In this document: positions 38,450 through 52,395 of the stretch, piece by piece | Numbering within the stretch: position 1 is the first letter of the stretch | Layout: each line of letters begins with the position of its first letter | NCBI RefSeq assembly: GCF_006345805.1 | Contig: NC_043007.1 | Coordinates: forward strand, 124,001 to 188,000 | Length of the DNA stretch: 64,000 nucleotides | Direction: 5' to 3' | Origin: Octopus sinensis | Lineage: Eukaryota | The notes under the pieces: generated by a model | Seen by the model: only the letters and a program-made list of their open reading frames with translations | Told to the model about the DNA's origin: nothing | The model's database searches: none | Translations under genes and position numbers: made by a program

Positions 38450-38584
38450 GATTACGATTATTTTCGGAATATTTTCCTATTACGCACCGTTTTGGGTACT
38501 TAGAACCCGAAAACCTCTATCTCAAAAATCTCCTGTCCGGTTTACGAGAAACTCGTTTTATTCCGTTCGTATTAACATTTCAGG
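38450..38584 (+). CDS. Candidate 135-nt exon (GLRLFSEYFPITHRFGYLEPENLYLKNLLSGLRETRFIPFVLTFQG), unknown product
   Basis: Acceptor tttcttctctttcag, donor CAGG|GTAAAC, GC-richer than flanks; a second frame is also open. Confidence 0.5.
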
Positions 38585-38678
38585 GTAAACTTAATTCATA
38601 GTATTGTCCCATTATGTGCCAATTTGGCTGGGTAACATTGCAAGCAAGCAAACAAGACTCAAGCAGTCTTTTAATATA

Positions 38679-38740
<62 letters not shown>

Positions 38741-40884
38741 GTGTGTGTGTGTGTGTATGTGTGTGTGCGTGTGTGTGTGTGTGTTTTGTGTGTGTGTGTG
38801 TATTTGTGAGTATGTGTGCGTGTGTGTTTGTTATTAGTACAAGTTAAATTAATTCCTACCTAAAAAGGAACGTGTGCAAATACATAACGCATTATATTTA
38901 GAATATTTGCTAATTCAATTATGTCACTTGTGATATTTGAAGAAAGCAATCCGAAAACTATGATGGAATAATATCATATCATTAAACCTGTGCTATTCAA
39001 TCTAACTCTCCAAATTTCGCATGATACCAAAAATACTTCCTCTACAAAACCATTCAGGAACCTTGTGTTAAAATCTATTGTGTTATATATGATATATAGG
39101 GAACGATTAATATAACATTTTATTTCACCAAGATTCTGTTATTTCCACCTTTGACCAATTGAGTTAAATTACGAAAGGATGTTACTACGTAATAAATCTG
39201 AATTTATTCGCGTTTCTATGCTTGCGTTGTTTGACAGATTCATTTCCTGAGTTCAAACTGTCAAATCAAAGCTAGTCACACTTCACCTGCATTCTTGATT
39301 GTCTTTAATTTCTAATGCACCACATCAATCTTATCCAATGCAATATTCCATTGGTAATGTCCGTTAAATTTTATATACAAGCAGTTGTTTTATATTTGCA
39401 ATTACCTTCATGAGGCATAGATTTTAGGTAGTGGAACTAAAAAATTTCACTTCGCAGCCGTATGGTTTTTCGTTCGGTTCCACTGCACGGCTCTACAGAC
39501 AAGTGACTTCGATTGAACATCGATATCAGTAATAATTTTTGAACGAAATTTGGTTGACTGATTCTCTATCGAATCTTGCGGTGTGTATCTATGTTTGGGT
39601 TTACTAGCAGAAATCGATATGTCGAAATACAGCCGTTAATACAGGATTATTTTTCTACAATTTTTCTGTAAAATTTTGTTAATCCATTTAGTATCCAGTT
39701 GAGGATATTCTAAGAGATATTTGAGATAAAACGAGCATTGGGACCTATTACATTATTCCTTTGTTTCCTTTTTCTTTGTTTTAACCCTTTTCATATCAAT
39801 TTCCCAGAGACAACCCATGATTCTATGACCCAAACCTCTTTCTGTTTTAAAGTGATTCAAACATTCCATCAGCAATTACGTTCCAAATGGTTTAATAAAG
39901 ACAAATTATTTCTCTAATTTCTTCATTATTTTAAAGATTAAGTGACAGAAATAAAGTGTACTTCAAATAGAAATGTGGTAGCAAAAATGGTGAATCCTTC
40001 TATTGATATTAATCTAATGTTAATCTAATTTATAATAAGATTTTGTCACATTTCTTCCCTTTGTGTCTTTTTGAATTCTCTCTGGTTCATTGAGTCTTCA
40101 GTAATTATCAGCCCGTGTTACGTCCGTGTTTCTTACATATCTTCTATATAGAAAATGCTTCTATATTGAACATAGTGTTCTAAATTAGCTTTTCACTCTA
40201 CAAGGTTATCTGGTGCAACTTTCAAGTCCGAATCTCATGTCAATTCTTTAAAGTTGATCCGACAGATAGCTAGATAGCTAAATAGATAGATGGAGGGATG
40301 GATGGATGGATAGATAGATAGATAGATAGGTAAACGGATGGAATGCAAACACATGAAGCACTGGATTATGCAGGCACGAATGTTTAAAAGACTCCGATCT
40401 TTACGGCTGGAACACATTTGATTATAAATCTGTTCGACCTGTGCTGATCTGCAGCTAAACGGCTGCCATTTTTATTTTCAAAAGTCATTATTTCAATCCG
40501 ATTTAGTTGTTCAAACAGAAACAATTCACGGCTGCGTGAATGAAGCCTTGGATTAAAGCCATGTCCATGACGAAAACATGAGCTCAGGTTATCAGTAGGA
40601 TTCATCAGTAGATTCTGTTTCATGAGAGACAATAGAATATGGAACGATGCCCAGTAGGCTGTCCCAACATTTGGAGCCATGGACTTTGATACTACGATAC
40701 TACGTGGTCGTTCTACCTACCAGAAGTAACAACCACATCACCCTACAATTGCGTAACAGCTCACTGTTTTTGAAAGTCTGTCTAACGCTGATCGACTTGT
40801 CAGAGAAAAGGGGGGAAAATATTCATCATTGCTGAAATCTCTATGATATTGGGACTGTTTAGTGGAAGTTCATTAGAAGCTGAA

Positions 40885-41110
40885 CTACGGGAAGAGGAAG
40901 GAGGAGAAGAAAGAGGAATAGGAGGAGGTTGAGGAGAAGAAGAAGAGGATAAAAAAAAGATCAATGGGAAGAAGAAGGAAAAGAAGAAAGAGGAAGAGGA
41001 GAAGAAGCAGCAGAAGATGAAGAAGAAGAATGAGAAAGAGAAGAAGCAGAAGTATTTAGAAAAGTTTATTAGGAGAAAAAATGTGGAAAAGAAGAAAAGA
41101 AAGAACAACA
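40885..41110. repeat. GAA/GGA purine-rich low-complexity tract
   Basis: Direct. Confidence 0.85.
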
Positions 41111-41343
41111 AGAACTGTCACAACGAACATCTGTCAGATTGAGTGTGTTTAACGCTGTAATCCTTTGAGGTGGTTACTTAGAACTACAGTAATGAGTATG
41201 ACAATTAAAATGTAACGAGTGTCTTGGTCTCCTCCACAATACCTTTCTTCCGGATAGAAGGTATTGCGAGCAGATTCATATGTAACTATATATATATATA
41301 TATATATAATATATATGTGTAAATAAAAATATGTGTGTGTGTG

Positions 41344-41399
<56 letters not shown>

Positions 41400-41715
41400 T
41401 GTGAGAGCGAGTGTGAGAGTGAGTGAGAGAGAGAGAGAATCGTTGATCCTTTCCTCACCTTAGATTGTTTGGAAAGTGACATTTCAATTTGGTTACGAAA
41501 CACATTCTAATTGCTTTCTTAGCTTCGTTCTTCGTAAGAATTTGACGAGTAACGAGCAAACTCATTGCTCATTCGAATATTATGTACGTTCAAATCGAAG
41601 GGCAAGAACAAGACCCCAAAGACTTTCCGTTTCTCGCAGTGATTGAGCTAATGTACATTTCACAAACATTCTTTCTTTTTTTATCAATAATCGTTACCGA
41701 ACCATGGAGACATAT

Positions 41716-42128
41716 ACTCTTTTACTCTTTTACTTGTTTCAGTCGTTTGACTGCGGCCATGCTGGAGCACCGCCTTTAGTCGAGCAAATCGACCCCGGGA
41801 CTTATTCTTTGTAAGCCCAGTACTTATTCTATCGGTCTCTTTTGCCGAACCGCTAAGTGACGGGGACGTAAGCACACCAGCATCGGTTGTCAAGCAATGC
41901 TAGGGGGACAAACACAAACACACACACATGCACATATATATATATATATATACATACATATATACGACAGGCTTCTTTCAGTTTCCGTCTACCAAATCCA
42001 CTCACAAGGCATTGGTCGGCCCGGGGCTATAGCAGAAGACACTTGCCCAAGATGCCACGCAGTGGGACTGAACCCGGAACCATGTGGTTGGTTAGCAAGC
42101 TACTTACCACACAGCCACTCCTGCGCCT
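41716..42128 (-). mobile_element. SINE group 1, near-consensus
   Basis: Full head to (ctcttttac)n tail. Confidence 0.92.
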
Positions 42129-42666
42129 ATATATGAGTATCTTCAGATTGCGGCGGTTTGTGCTATAGAATATATGGTTTGATGTATTTTTATTGTCTTG
42201 TACTGATTAATACCCCATCGGTTTGTTCTATATTGTAATGAGTTGCAGTTGTTTCTATACTTCAAATCTTAACCTTTTGCCTTTTCTGTGCATCAAATAA
42301 GATACACTGGACATATTTCTCTGGTCTCAATGCCTCATTTACGACACATGTTCTCATTTTTTCCAATCACCAGAATAAATTGGGACTTGCCGAAGGAAAG
42401 ATTTGTATTATTGAGAACTTACGAAACAAGTGCAAACTAAACGTTTCAATACAAGCCTCGGTATTAAGGACAAACATAAAATTGCTTTGGACAGGCAAAG
42501 AGTTGGCAATAGCTAATTATTCAATATTTCGTGCGACGTAGGGGAAGCCGAACTAATATTTCTTGCTGGCCAAACGAATACATTCGAGTACAGCTGTTGG
42601 TTCAGTGAAAGTTATCTCCTTGAGAAATGAAATTGTGCATTCATTTGGATATTAATCATATGTGCC

Positions 42667-42908
42667 TATAAAGGGTGTTCAAAAAGTCGCTCTGCAGTAA
42701 GTATTTTTTATTACAAAATATTTATAAGATGGTATAAGATTACAAAAGAATATATTAGGCTTTACAAGTCTTCAAAAAACTCTATGAGAGTTGTTTAAAG
42801 TGTCGTCCTTCATTTTCAATACATACGTTGACTCTTCTACATAAGTTTTGAAATATATCTGGGAGAAAAAAAATCCACTGCGGAGAGACTTTTTGAACAC
42901 CTTTTATA
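42667..42908. mobile_element. Tc1/mariner-type MITE with 32-bp TIRs
   Basis: tataaagggtgttcaaaaagtcgctctgcagt versus actgcggagagactttttgaacaccttttata (29/32), TA termini. Confidence 0.85.
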
Positions 42909-42954
42909 ATTCCACAGTACACTGTTTTCTGATTGAATACTGGGTTTTTGCAAA

Positions 42955-43225
42955 AGTATTAACCATTTTTATTACAAAATAAATATTTATAAGATGGTAT
43001 CAGACTACAAAAGAATATATAGGCTTTAGAAGACTTCAAAAAACTCTATAAGAGGTGTTGAAAGTGTACTTCATTTTCAATCCATAAGTTGACTCTTCTA
43101 CACATGTTTTGAAATATATCTGGGAGAAAAAAAATCCACTGCGGAGAGACTTTTTGAACACCCTCTATAATTCAACGGCACTGTTTCCTAATTGAATACT
43201 GAGTTTTTACAATAGCATTTACCAT
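42955..43225. repeat. Tandem duplicate of MITE interior, right TIR and flank
   Basis: Repeats about 42700-42970 with scattered differences; lacks left TIR. Confidence 0.85.
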
Positions 43226-43639
43226 ATGATGTGCAATAAAACCTATTCATTGCTTTACAGGTAATCTGTGTTTGCCGTAATAACTATACTTGAAGTAAGA
43301 TTTGAAATATGTCCAGCTAGAATATAAAGACAGCATTGCGTGTGAGTAATACCAACTTAATCAAGTTACAGTTAGATATATATCTTATTAATGCTATATT
43401 ACAACATTCAATTAGAAATGATCATGAATTTTTAAACGTTCGATATTTCGAGGTTAATGATATGTCAGAATATTCTCCGCAGAATTATATATTATAATTG
43501 ATATGCTATAGAGACACACGTGTATGTTGTAGCCCTAAGCTAGAAGCATAAATCTTGCATAAATTTCTTGTATTAATTTTATAAATTTAGATGAGATGCA
43601 TATAACTAAACTCATTAATCTGTGAAAATTATTGTTGTT

Positions 43640-43678
<39 letters not shown>

Positions 43679-43755
43679 TAACACACACACACACAATATA
43701 TATATATATAATACATCATATATATATATATAATATATATAATAATATATATATA

Positions 43756-43786
<31 letters not shown>

Positions 43787-43809
43787 CTATATATATATAT
43801 ATATATATA

Positions 43810-44113
43810 GGGGGAGGCGCAATGGCCCAGTGGTTTGGGCAGCGGACTCGCAGTCGGATGATCGCAGTTTCGATTCCCAGACCGGGCGTTGTGTGTATTT
43901 ATTGAGCGAAAACACGTAAAAACTTCACGAGGCTCCGGCCGGTGGTGGTGGTGACCCCTGTTGTATCTCTTTCGCCCCAACTTTCTCTCACACGTTTTTC
44001 CTGTTTCTTGAGTAATGCTGCGATGGACTGGCGTCCCGTCCGGCTGGGTGGAACACATACGCCACAGAAACCGTGAAACCGGGCCCATGAGCCTGGCTAG
44101 GCGTGAAAAGGGC
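43810..44113 (+). mobile_element. SINE group 3: head + body A + tail X
   Basis: ttgagcgaaaacac body; ctgcgatggactggcgtcccgtcc tail. Confidence 0.88.
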
Positions 44114-44132
44114 TCATATATATATATATATA

Positions 44133-44302
44133 TAACTTGTACAATAAGGGCAAAAGAAAAATTATAATGCCTAATATGCCGAAAAAAAGACAAAATTGTC
44201 AATAACCATTATAATTTATAAATTATAATAGTTATTGACAATTTTGTCTTTTTCGGCATATTTGGTATTAGAATTATTCTTTTGCCCTTATTTCATAAGT
44301 TA
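44133..44302. mobile_element. Spacerless foldback element (170-bp imperfect palindrome)
   Basis: Centre 44218|44219 in perfect attataattta|taaattataat; arms pair out to taactt/aagtta. Confidence 0.85.
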
Positions 44303-44403
44303 TTTATAAATTTAACCTTGAAAGGTATTTTTTGATATGCTGGCCATTGATAATTGTTTTTTTCCCAAAAAATGTTATCCTACATTAGTTGTTAGTATAT
44401 TAT

Positions 44404-44434
<31 letters not shown>

Positions 44435-45788
44435 ATATATATATGTGCGTGTGTGCGTGTGTGTGAAAAGTTATTGCAGTTGTTATATATATATATATAT
44501 ATATATATAATAACAACAATAAGTTTTCACACACACATCACTACACTTCTATTTTGCAAAAAAAAAAAAAAGAAATAATAATATTCTTTCTTACATTGTA
44601 ATCTGTACAATATTGATATCTTCTGCGTCAGTTTCCAAAACAATTTGAAGTTAGAACTTAGGACATAAAGATATTTAGTACGGCACACTATAGATTGTAT
44701 CTCTTCATAGCCTTAAATATTCTAAATATTAACCTTACTGTTTGGCATTAACCGATGCATTTTGGATAATTATATTGATTCCAGGGCTTGAGTGGTATTT
44801 TATTTCATTGATTTCTGCGGGACCTGATCTCATAATTTAAAATAGCGTAACTAGATATCACAGATTCTTTTGCCTGACACTCTACCATTCCATATTCTAA
44901 ATTACAACGCATCAATAAATACAAAAATATTGAACCAAAACTGTGTTGCGTATAAATCAAAACTTCATCAAGTATAAGACTCCGAGGTGAAAAGTCAAAC
45001 TACCGTATAGAGTTTGTGGCACTGTGCCGCCTGAATAGGCAAAAGGGATCCCAGGCCCTGTTCAACGGTGAGTTGAACGGTCAGTTGTTCGACGAAAAGA
45101 AATGTTAGACGAAAAGAAATGGTAAGGATAACATCTCTTGCTCGTAAAATTCTCAACTGGCTAGTTAATATAGTAGTAAGGTTAGACAAAGGCTAAACAA
45201 CAACAATACACCAAACGATTACACGAAACAATATTCACATACTTAGTAATATTACATTGCGGAAAGGAGTCTTGTGAAAATGAAAATAAGTATCATGGAA
45301 TATCTACTACAGAACTGCAAAAATATTTGACAATATATAATTCAATCTAACGCAAATTAGTAAGAAATGCAAAAAAAAAAAAAATGGCTGTTCTCTAACA
45401 TCGAGGACGACAACAGAAATTAAAGACAAAGGAGGTTGAAATAACAGAGGCAATAAGAGAAGTAGTGAAAAAGATATAATTGGGAATTTTTAAAACGTTA
45501 AATTTAAGTAAAGGTATGAAAAGCTCCCGCATGGCCAATATCTGGAGATAATTTAATGTGTTCTCTCCATATTCAAGATAACATAATGTAATTTGAGAAG
45601 GAAGATGAACGACCACATAGAAGCTCTCTCGTTGCCTTGTTTTAATTGTTACAGATATCATAAAAATTTGATTATCAACGGAAATTCATTTAATATCTTA
45701 TAGCTCTTTAATTTCTTAACCAAGATCGTTCATCTCAATTGTATTGTTATGTACATAGTATGATGTCGCCTGGGCCAACCACACTATC

Positions 45789-45985
45789 CGTGGAGGTGCA
45801 ATGGCCCAGTGGTTAAAGCAGCGGACTCGCGGTCGTAAGAACACGGTTTCGATTCCCAGACCGGGCATTCTGAGTGTTTATTGAGCAAAAACACCTAAGC
45901 TTCTCGAGGTTCCGGCAGAGAGTGGTGGTGAACCCCGCTGTAATCTTTCACTACAACTTTCTCTCACTCTTTCTTCCTACTTCTG
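45789..45985 (+). mobile_element. SINE group 3 head + body A, tail absent
   Basis: gtggaggtgcaatggcccagtgg..actttctctcactctttcttcct. Confidence 0.8.
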
Positions 45986-47059
45986 CCACAAAGCAGAGGA
46001 ACCATGGTGTAACCCACTATGGTGTGGTAAACTTTCAGACCCTAGTCTATATTGCAAATCCTCTATACCACAGGATGGTTCAGCTCTCCACCAGTTAAAA
46101 GCCAACGTTTACAAAATGAGGATAACAACGTAGCTTTCGCGCCCGTGCAACCCCCAGTCTATCGCCTGTGGTGGGTGGATCTTCAAGTTGCCACGCGCAT
46201 TCTTAGTAGCTTAGAGTAGGCTCGAATTAGAGATTATTCTTTGTGGCTAATGGCGTGAGTCCTGATTGGAAGAAGGAGAAGACCACACTATCCTTGGAAG
46301 TAGAGAAAAGGAAGTAGAAAAACGGTGGTTTGTCCTGGTATTATGCATCCGGCTTAGATCAGAAATATAAATTTCGCATTACGTGCACATATTTTCGAGT
46401 ATTCGTTATCCAAGACAAATTTTAATTGAATGCAAAATTCATATTGTACATTATCTGTAACAAGAGAAATTGTCACATGTTATTATACTGACAAATGCTC
46501 AAGCAACTGATACAATATATTGCAGTATTATGAAGAGAGAAAAAATATTTAATCGGTATATAATTATTATAAATGTTTTATAGTTATTAGTCATACGTAT
46601 TCATACAACATACACGAAAACAAAAAAAAAACAAAACATGTGAACGACTACACTTTTAGATTTCGCCGAATATATTCAAAGAATCAGTCACGCAAAAGTT
46701 TATGTTGGAATTTATATGGCAATCGTTTATTTTTTTTTTCCTTTAAATATATTAGTAATAATTGTTCTTAATTAGAAAAGAGAAATCATTATAAACTGTT
46801 ATGTCTCCCAGTGTTGAGCGTTTATCAACTGAAAAGCAAATTAGGATATCAGCCATTGATCTCCTGTTTAGAAAAAAACAAATTATAACAAACATATACA
46901 TTGGTGCATTCAGACATACATACATACATATATACATGCATGCATAATACATACAGACATACAAACAGACAGGCAAGCATATTTGTGTATGCGTATGTAA
47001 TGTATGAAGGAGCGTATATGAATTTGTATGGATTGTATATGTATGCGCGCGTGTGTGTG

Positions 47060-47093
<34 letters not shown>

Positions 47094-47152
47094 TTATGTA
47101 TATACATATATATATGTAAATGTATACACAGGCACAACGTATATATATATAT

Positions 47153-47185
<33 letters not shown>

Positions 47186-47386
47186 ATGTGTGTGTGTATG
47201 TGTGTGTGTATGTGTGTATGTGTGTGTGTATGTGTGTGTGTCTGTAAATGTATACATACTCGCACATTAACGCATATTTGTTTATATATATATAGTATAC
47301 ACAAGTACATGTTTCTATATGTTCCTTTCTCTTTGTCTAATTGTTCAACACATCATACATATACAACATACATATATATATATATA

Positions 47387-47424
<38 letters not shown>

Positions 47425-47601
47425 TATATAATTGATAAACACACACAAAACAATATATATATATATATATACAATAGATATATATATAATATATATATAA
47501 ATATACTTACATATCTTTGTATGTATTTGTTTGTATTTGTCTATTCCTTCAATAGATACACACACAGACACACACGCACACACACACACACTCAAACACA
47601 C

Positions 47602-47632
<31 letters not shown>

Positions 47633-48016
47633 TACACATGAGATTGTATGTGTGCGCGTGCTAGTGCAGTGTTTTGTGCGATAAGAAATCAGTCGTTTTA
47701 AACTTATCAATGTGCAAAACGCCGTCCGAATGACTAAATGTGGCTTTTTCTTTCTTTTTAATTCTGCGTACGTTTACCCAAGTAGGCTGTATTCAAGTGT
47801 AAGCGAATAGTACAATTTAATCACGATGTGTCAGTTTATTAAGAATACCAATTTGTTTCTTGAACATTTCAAGATAGCAATTTCATTTACGCTGCTGATT
47901 TAAGAAAAAAAAAATCAATATTTTCTTTCACTTTATATTTTCTTTGTATATATGGTGTCTTGCTACCGCCTGTTTAGTGTTTTATTGAAATGATGGCTCA
48001 TTTCATACAATTAAGC

Positions 48017-48055
<39 letters not shown>

Positions 48056-48090
48056 TATATATATATAATTATATATGTATATATATATAT

Positions 48091-48121
<31 letters not shown>

Positions 48122-48354
48122 ATATATGTATATATATATATATCTATATATATATATTATATATATATACATATTATTTATCTTTATATATATATATACA
48201 TATATTATATATATATATACACACAATATATATAATAATTATATATATATATATATACAATATATATGCATGCTCATATATATGTTTATACTATATATAA
48301 TAAATATGCATGCTTTATGTATATATACATATATATAATATATATGTATGCTTT

Positions 48355-48401
<47 letters not shown>

Positions 48402-48554
48402 GTATATAGTATATACAATATATATACACATACTATGATATATATGCTGCTTATAAATATTATATTATATATATGCATGCTTTTATATGTATGAATATAT
48501 ATATATATATATAATATATATATATGCATATATATAATATATATAATAGATATA

Positions 48555-48593
<39 letters not shown>

Positions 48594-49194
48594 TATATAT
48601 AATATATATATATATAGATATATATATGTATATGTATGTATGTATATATGTATGGTCTCTGCAAAAGAGGTAGCAATACAGTGAAAACGAGTCGTAATGG
48701 TATGAGTCTATCTCTTGCGCACTTATTTATTGTTTCATAGTTACGTTGCTCTTTTTTCTTCGTTATTATCGCGTTTTATTTGTTTAGTTGCTGTTACAAT
48801 TGCAGTGGATTTTGTCTTTCTTTTTTTTTGTAAGAAAAAAATAATAAAATATCTGTGTTCTAAAGCTAACCAATAATAAAATAATAGTCCAATTGGAATA
48901 AACTCTGGGATTAAAAAAAGAAACGAAAAAATTAATTTTCGACAGGAGAATAAAATTTGACTCGTTTTGGTGCTTAAGATATGGCTGACTGTTCGAGAAG
49001 GAAGAGAATAAAACAAAACAACAACAAAAAAAAGAAATATTAAAAGGAAGTGGTAAAAAGCGGAAATATAAAATTATGAAAGGAAGTGATTAGTATAAAC
49101 ACTCAAAAACACACAGACACACAGACACACATATACATACACACAGATATATTTATACACACACATGTATATATGCCTATATATATGTATATTG

Positions 49195-49229
<35 letters not shown>

Positions 49230-49323
49230 TATGTATATAACATGTATAAACATACCTGCTTGCATTTGTCATGTGTACATGTGTGTGTGTTAGTATGTGT
49301 ATATATGTGCCTGTGTATGAGAG

Positions 49324-49359
<36 letters not shown>

Positions 49360-49981
49360 GTATGTATGTATGTATGTATGTATGTATGTATCTATCTATC
49401 TATCAATATATATATATATATATGTATGTATCTATCCATACACTTAGATATGTATACATATATATACATGTGTGCATTGTTTGTGTATGCGTCTCTCTGT
49501 CTGTGTCTCTGCGTATCTGTGTGTATGACAACTGAATTAAAAAAACACATGGCAAAATCTACCTCTTCAAACTACCAGTTTAAAATCATCAGAAACATAC
49601 TCAAAATAAAAATATCAGTCGTAGTCGCGAGATCTATAATCATTCTGATATAGTGAAGAATGAAAAATAAAATCAGTAAAGGTGACGCAGAACAAAATAT
49701 TTAACTAACAGCCAACAGATATCAAAGAGAATTAAAAAAGAAATGCTGGAAATTTCACTAACCAAGTGGCACTCTAATTAGCAAAGACCAGAAGCTACTA
49801 GCTCGACATCTCAAAATTTGAAAATATAAAGATATAGATTAAGATATAATATATATATATATATATATATCATATATATATATCTAATTCTTGTGCATGT
49901 CTTAACGTTCTCTTTTTCTTTTTTCTATTTTTTCTCCGTCTTTTTCTTTAATTGTTTCTTCGTTGAATTGATTATATCTCT

Positions 49982-50290
49982 GAGACCCCCTTCGGTCATG
50001 ACTGACCATGGGATTGCACCTAGAAAGTTACCTTCCCAGGCACAAGTTCAGGCAAGGTTATTTATGGAAGACCAGCAGTCGCTCATGCATACCGCCCTTC
50101 CTTACTCCACGCCACCAGTGTTATCCAAGGGAAAGGCAAAGGGGCAGCGATACAGCTTGGCACCTGTGACGCCGCAACTCATTTCTACAGCTGAGTGAAA
50201 TAAAGTGTCCTGCTCAAGAACACAACACACAGCCCGGTCCGGGATTCGAGCTCACAACCTCACGATCGTAAGCTCGACGTTCTAACCACG
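49982..50290 (-). mobile_element. SINE group 3: head + body B + third tail Z
   Basis: gttgtgttcttgagcaggacactttatttcac then gtcacaggtgccaagctgtatc..gtcatgaccgaaggggg. Confidence 0.8.
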
Positions 50291-50608
50291 AATTGATTAT
50301 ATATATATATATGCACATACATACATATGCAAATATATATACGTGTCTAAAAGGTTGTGTTTTAATAATTGACGTGACAACCATTACTATCACACATGGA
50401 TAGGTACAGATAAACATATATACAACTTCTCTGCTCTCTTTTTAAATCCTTATTATTTTCTCCGCATTGATGAGTACTTTGATATTTGAAGATTCTAAAA
50501 TAAATGAATAATCTTCTTATAGCTTTTTAACATCTTATCTTCTCCATTTTTCATAAATATGATTGGATTTGTAGAACTTCATTCCATAAATTAATCATAC
50601 ACTTAATT

Positions 50609-50647
<39 letters not shown>

Positions 50648-50657
50648 ATATATATAT

Positions 50658-50700
<43 letters not shown>

Positions 50701-50709
50701 GTATGTTTT

Positions 50710-50836
50710 TAAGGCCCCCCAATTTAGCGGTTCGGCAAGCGAGAATGATGAAATGAGTACTAGGCTTTAAAAATGTTACTGGGGTCAATTCATTCGACTA
50801 AAAATTCTTCAAATAACTGAAACAAGTAAAAGATAA
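50710..50836 (+). mobile_element. SINE group 1-like 3' fragment
   Basis: ttagcggttcggcaa..ctgaaacaagtaaaagataa. Confidence 0.7.
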
Positions 50837-51070
50837 GTTTCTTTATTGGCCACACTGGGCTGCACACTGATGGGAGAAGTTACAAGGTAGAGCTTTTCTT
50901 TTGGGCGATGAAAAAAACAAAAAACAAAAGAAACAAAGAAAGGGGTGGTGTAGGTTTTCGATCAAGAGGGATCGTAAAAGGGAAGAAAAGAACAAAAAAA
51001 AATAAAATAAAATAAAGATAAAAAATGGGGAGAATGCGCGGATTAAAAGTGGTGAGTGAAGAGATCGTTT
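50837..51070 (-). mobile_element. Second Tx1 copy, 3' UTR only
   Basis: Minus strand ..aaagctctaccttgtaac..gcagcccagtgtggccaataaagaaac matches 31840-31986. Confidence 0.8.
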
Positions 51071-52005
51071 AGGTTAGGTGTCACACAACATTTGATTGAA
51101 GACAGGACATCTTAGTATATAACCCACATTACGCTTCTTTATTTAATCGCCGAAATTCATATTTACCACAGACTCTCGTAAATTTATGTTTATCACAAGC
51201 ATTAATTTATTCGGTTCTCGTTAATAATGGTTAATATCAAATTAAAATATGACATCATGTTATATGTTGGGCTTCACTTTGGATTTCAAGATTTCAGTTT
51301 TAAAACTCATTAAGGAACTAATACCTCTACAGACCGCAAACGATATGATTCTTTAATCACCTTACTTTCTAAATTATATTGGGAATCACTATAAATTTAC
51401 AGTCAGTGCTAGTGTTAATTCTGGGTGATTTTAATGATTTGGAATATAATATAAACGCTATAGAAGATTGATATTTATTGCATTTCTAAAGTTTCTAGTA
51501 ACAAAAGAGCAAAGATAATGAAGACAGGAAATTGAAGCGGAGATAATGATTCGGCTTTGTCTCACCTAAACGTTAATGGAGAAATAAAGAACTATTTCAC
51601 TAAGCACTTTACCAAATCCTCAAATCTATCGTTTCTTTATTATTGTTTCTGAATTTTACTTGTTACAGACACTGGACTGTAATTATTCTGCGACAAGTTG
51701 AAGGTTTAATCTAAAATTTCGCGCCCCTGTTCTTGAATTTGTTTTTTATATCTAGTACAAACTGTATTAGGATCTTTCGCTGAAACGCTAGGTTATGGGC
51801 CGTAACTGCATGAACACCGGTTTTCAAGAGATGCAAGCACACACACATACACACACACACACACATACACACATATATATATATATATACGCGCACAAAC
51901 CCTCACATACAACTCCCCCCCACACACATATATATACACGTTTATATATATATATACGAATGGGTTACACACAGTTTTTTATGTACCAAATTCACTAAGG
52001 CGGCG

Positions 52006-52395
52006 AGCTGGCAGAAACGTTAGCACACCGGGTGAAATGCTTAGCAGTATTTCGTCTGCCGTTCCGTTCTGAGTTCAAAATACCGCCGAGGTCGTCTTTG
52101 CCTTTCATACTTTCGGGGTCGATAAATTAAGTACCAGTTACGCATTGGGGTCGACGTAATCGGTTTAATCGGTTTGTCTGTCCTTGTTTGTCTCCTCTCT
52201 ATTTAGCTCCCTGTGGGTAGTAAAGAAATAAATATTTCGTCTGACGTTCCGTTCTGAGTTCAAATACCGCCGAGGTCGTCTTTGCCTTTCATCCTTTCGG
52301 TGTCGATAAATTAAGTACCAGTTTTGCACTAAGGTTGATCTAATCGACTGGTCCCCTGCCGAAAAATTTCGGGCCTTGTACCTAGAGTAGAAAAG
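52006..52395 (+). mobile_element. SINE group 2 dimer, second subunit with a different tail
   Basis: Junction gtaaagaaata|aatatttcgtctg at about 52230. Confidence 0.85.

Noticed and set aside
40800-41111. F/S-rich minus ORF or E/K-rich plus frame as coding
   Set aside because: Simple purine-rich repeat without splice context
45011-45067. Exon ending at a strong GTGAGT donor
   Set aside because: No pyrimidine tract at the acceptor; donor lies in a short tandem duplication
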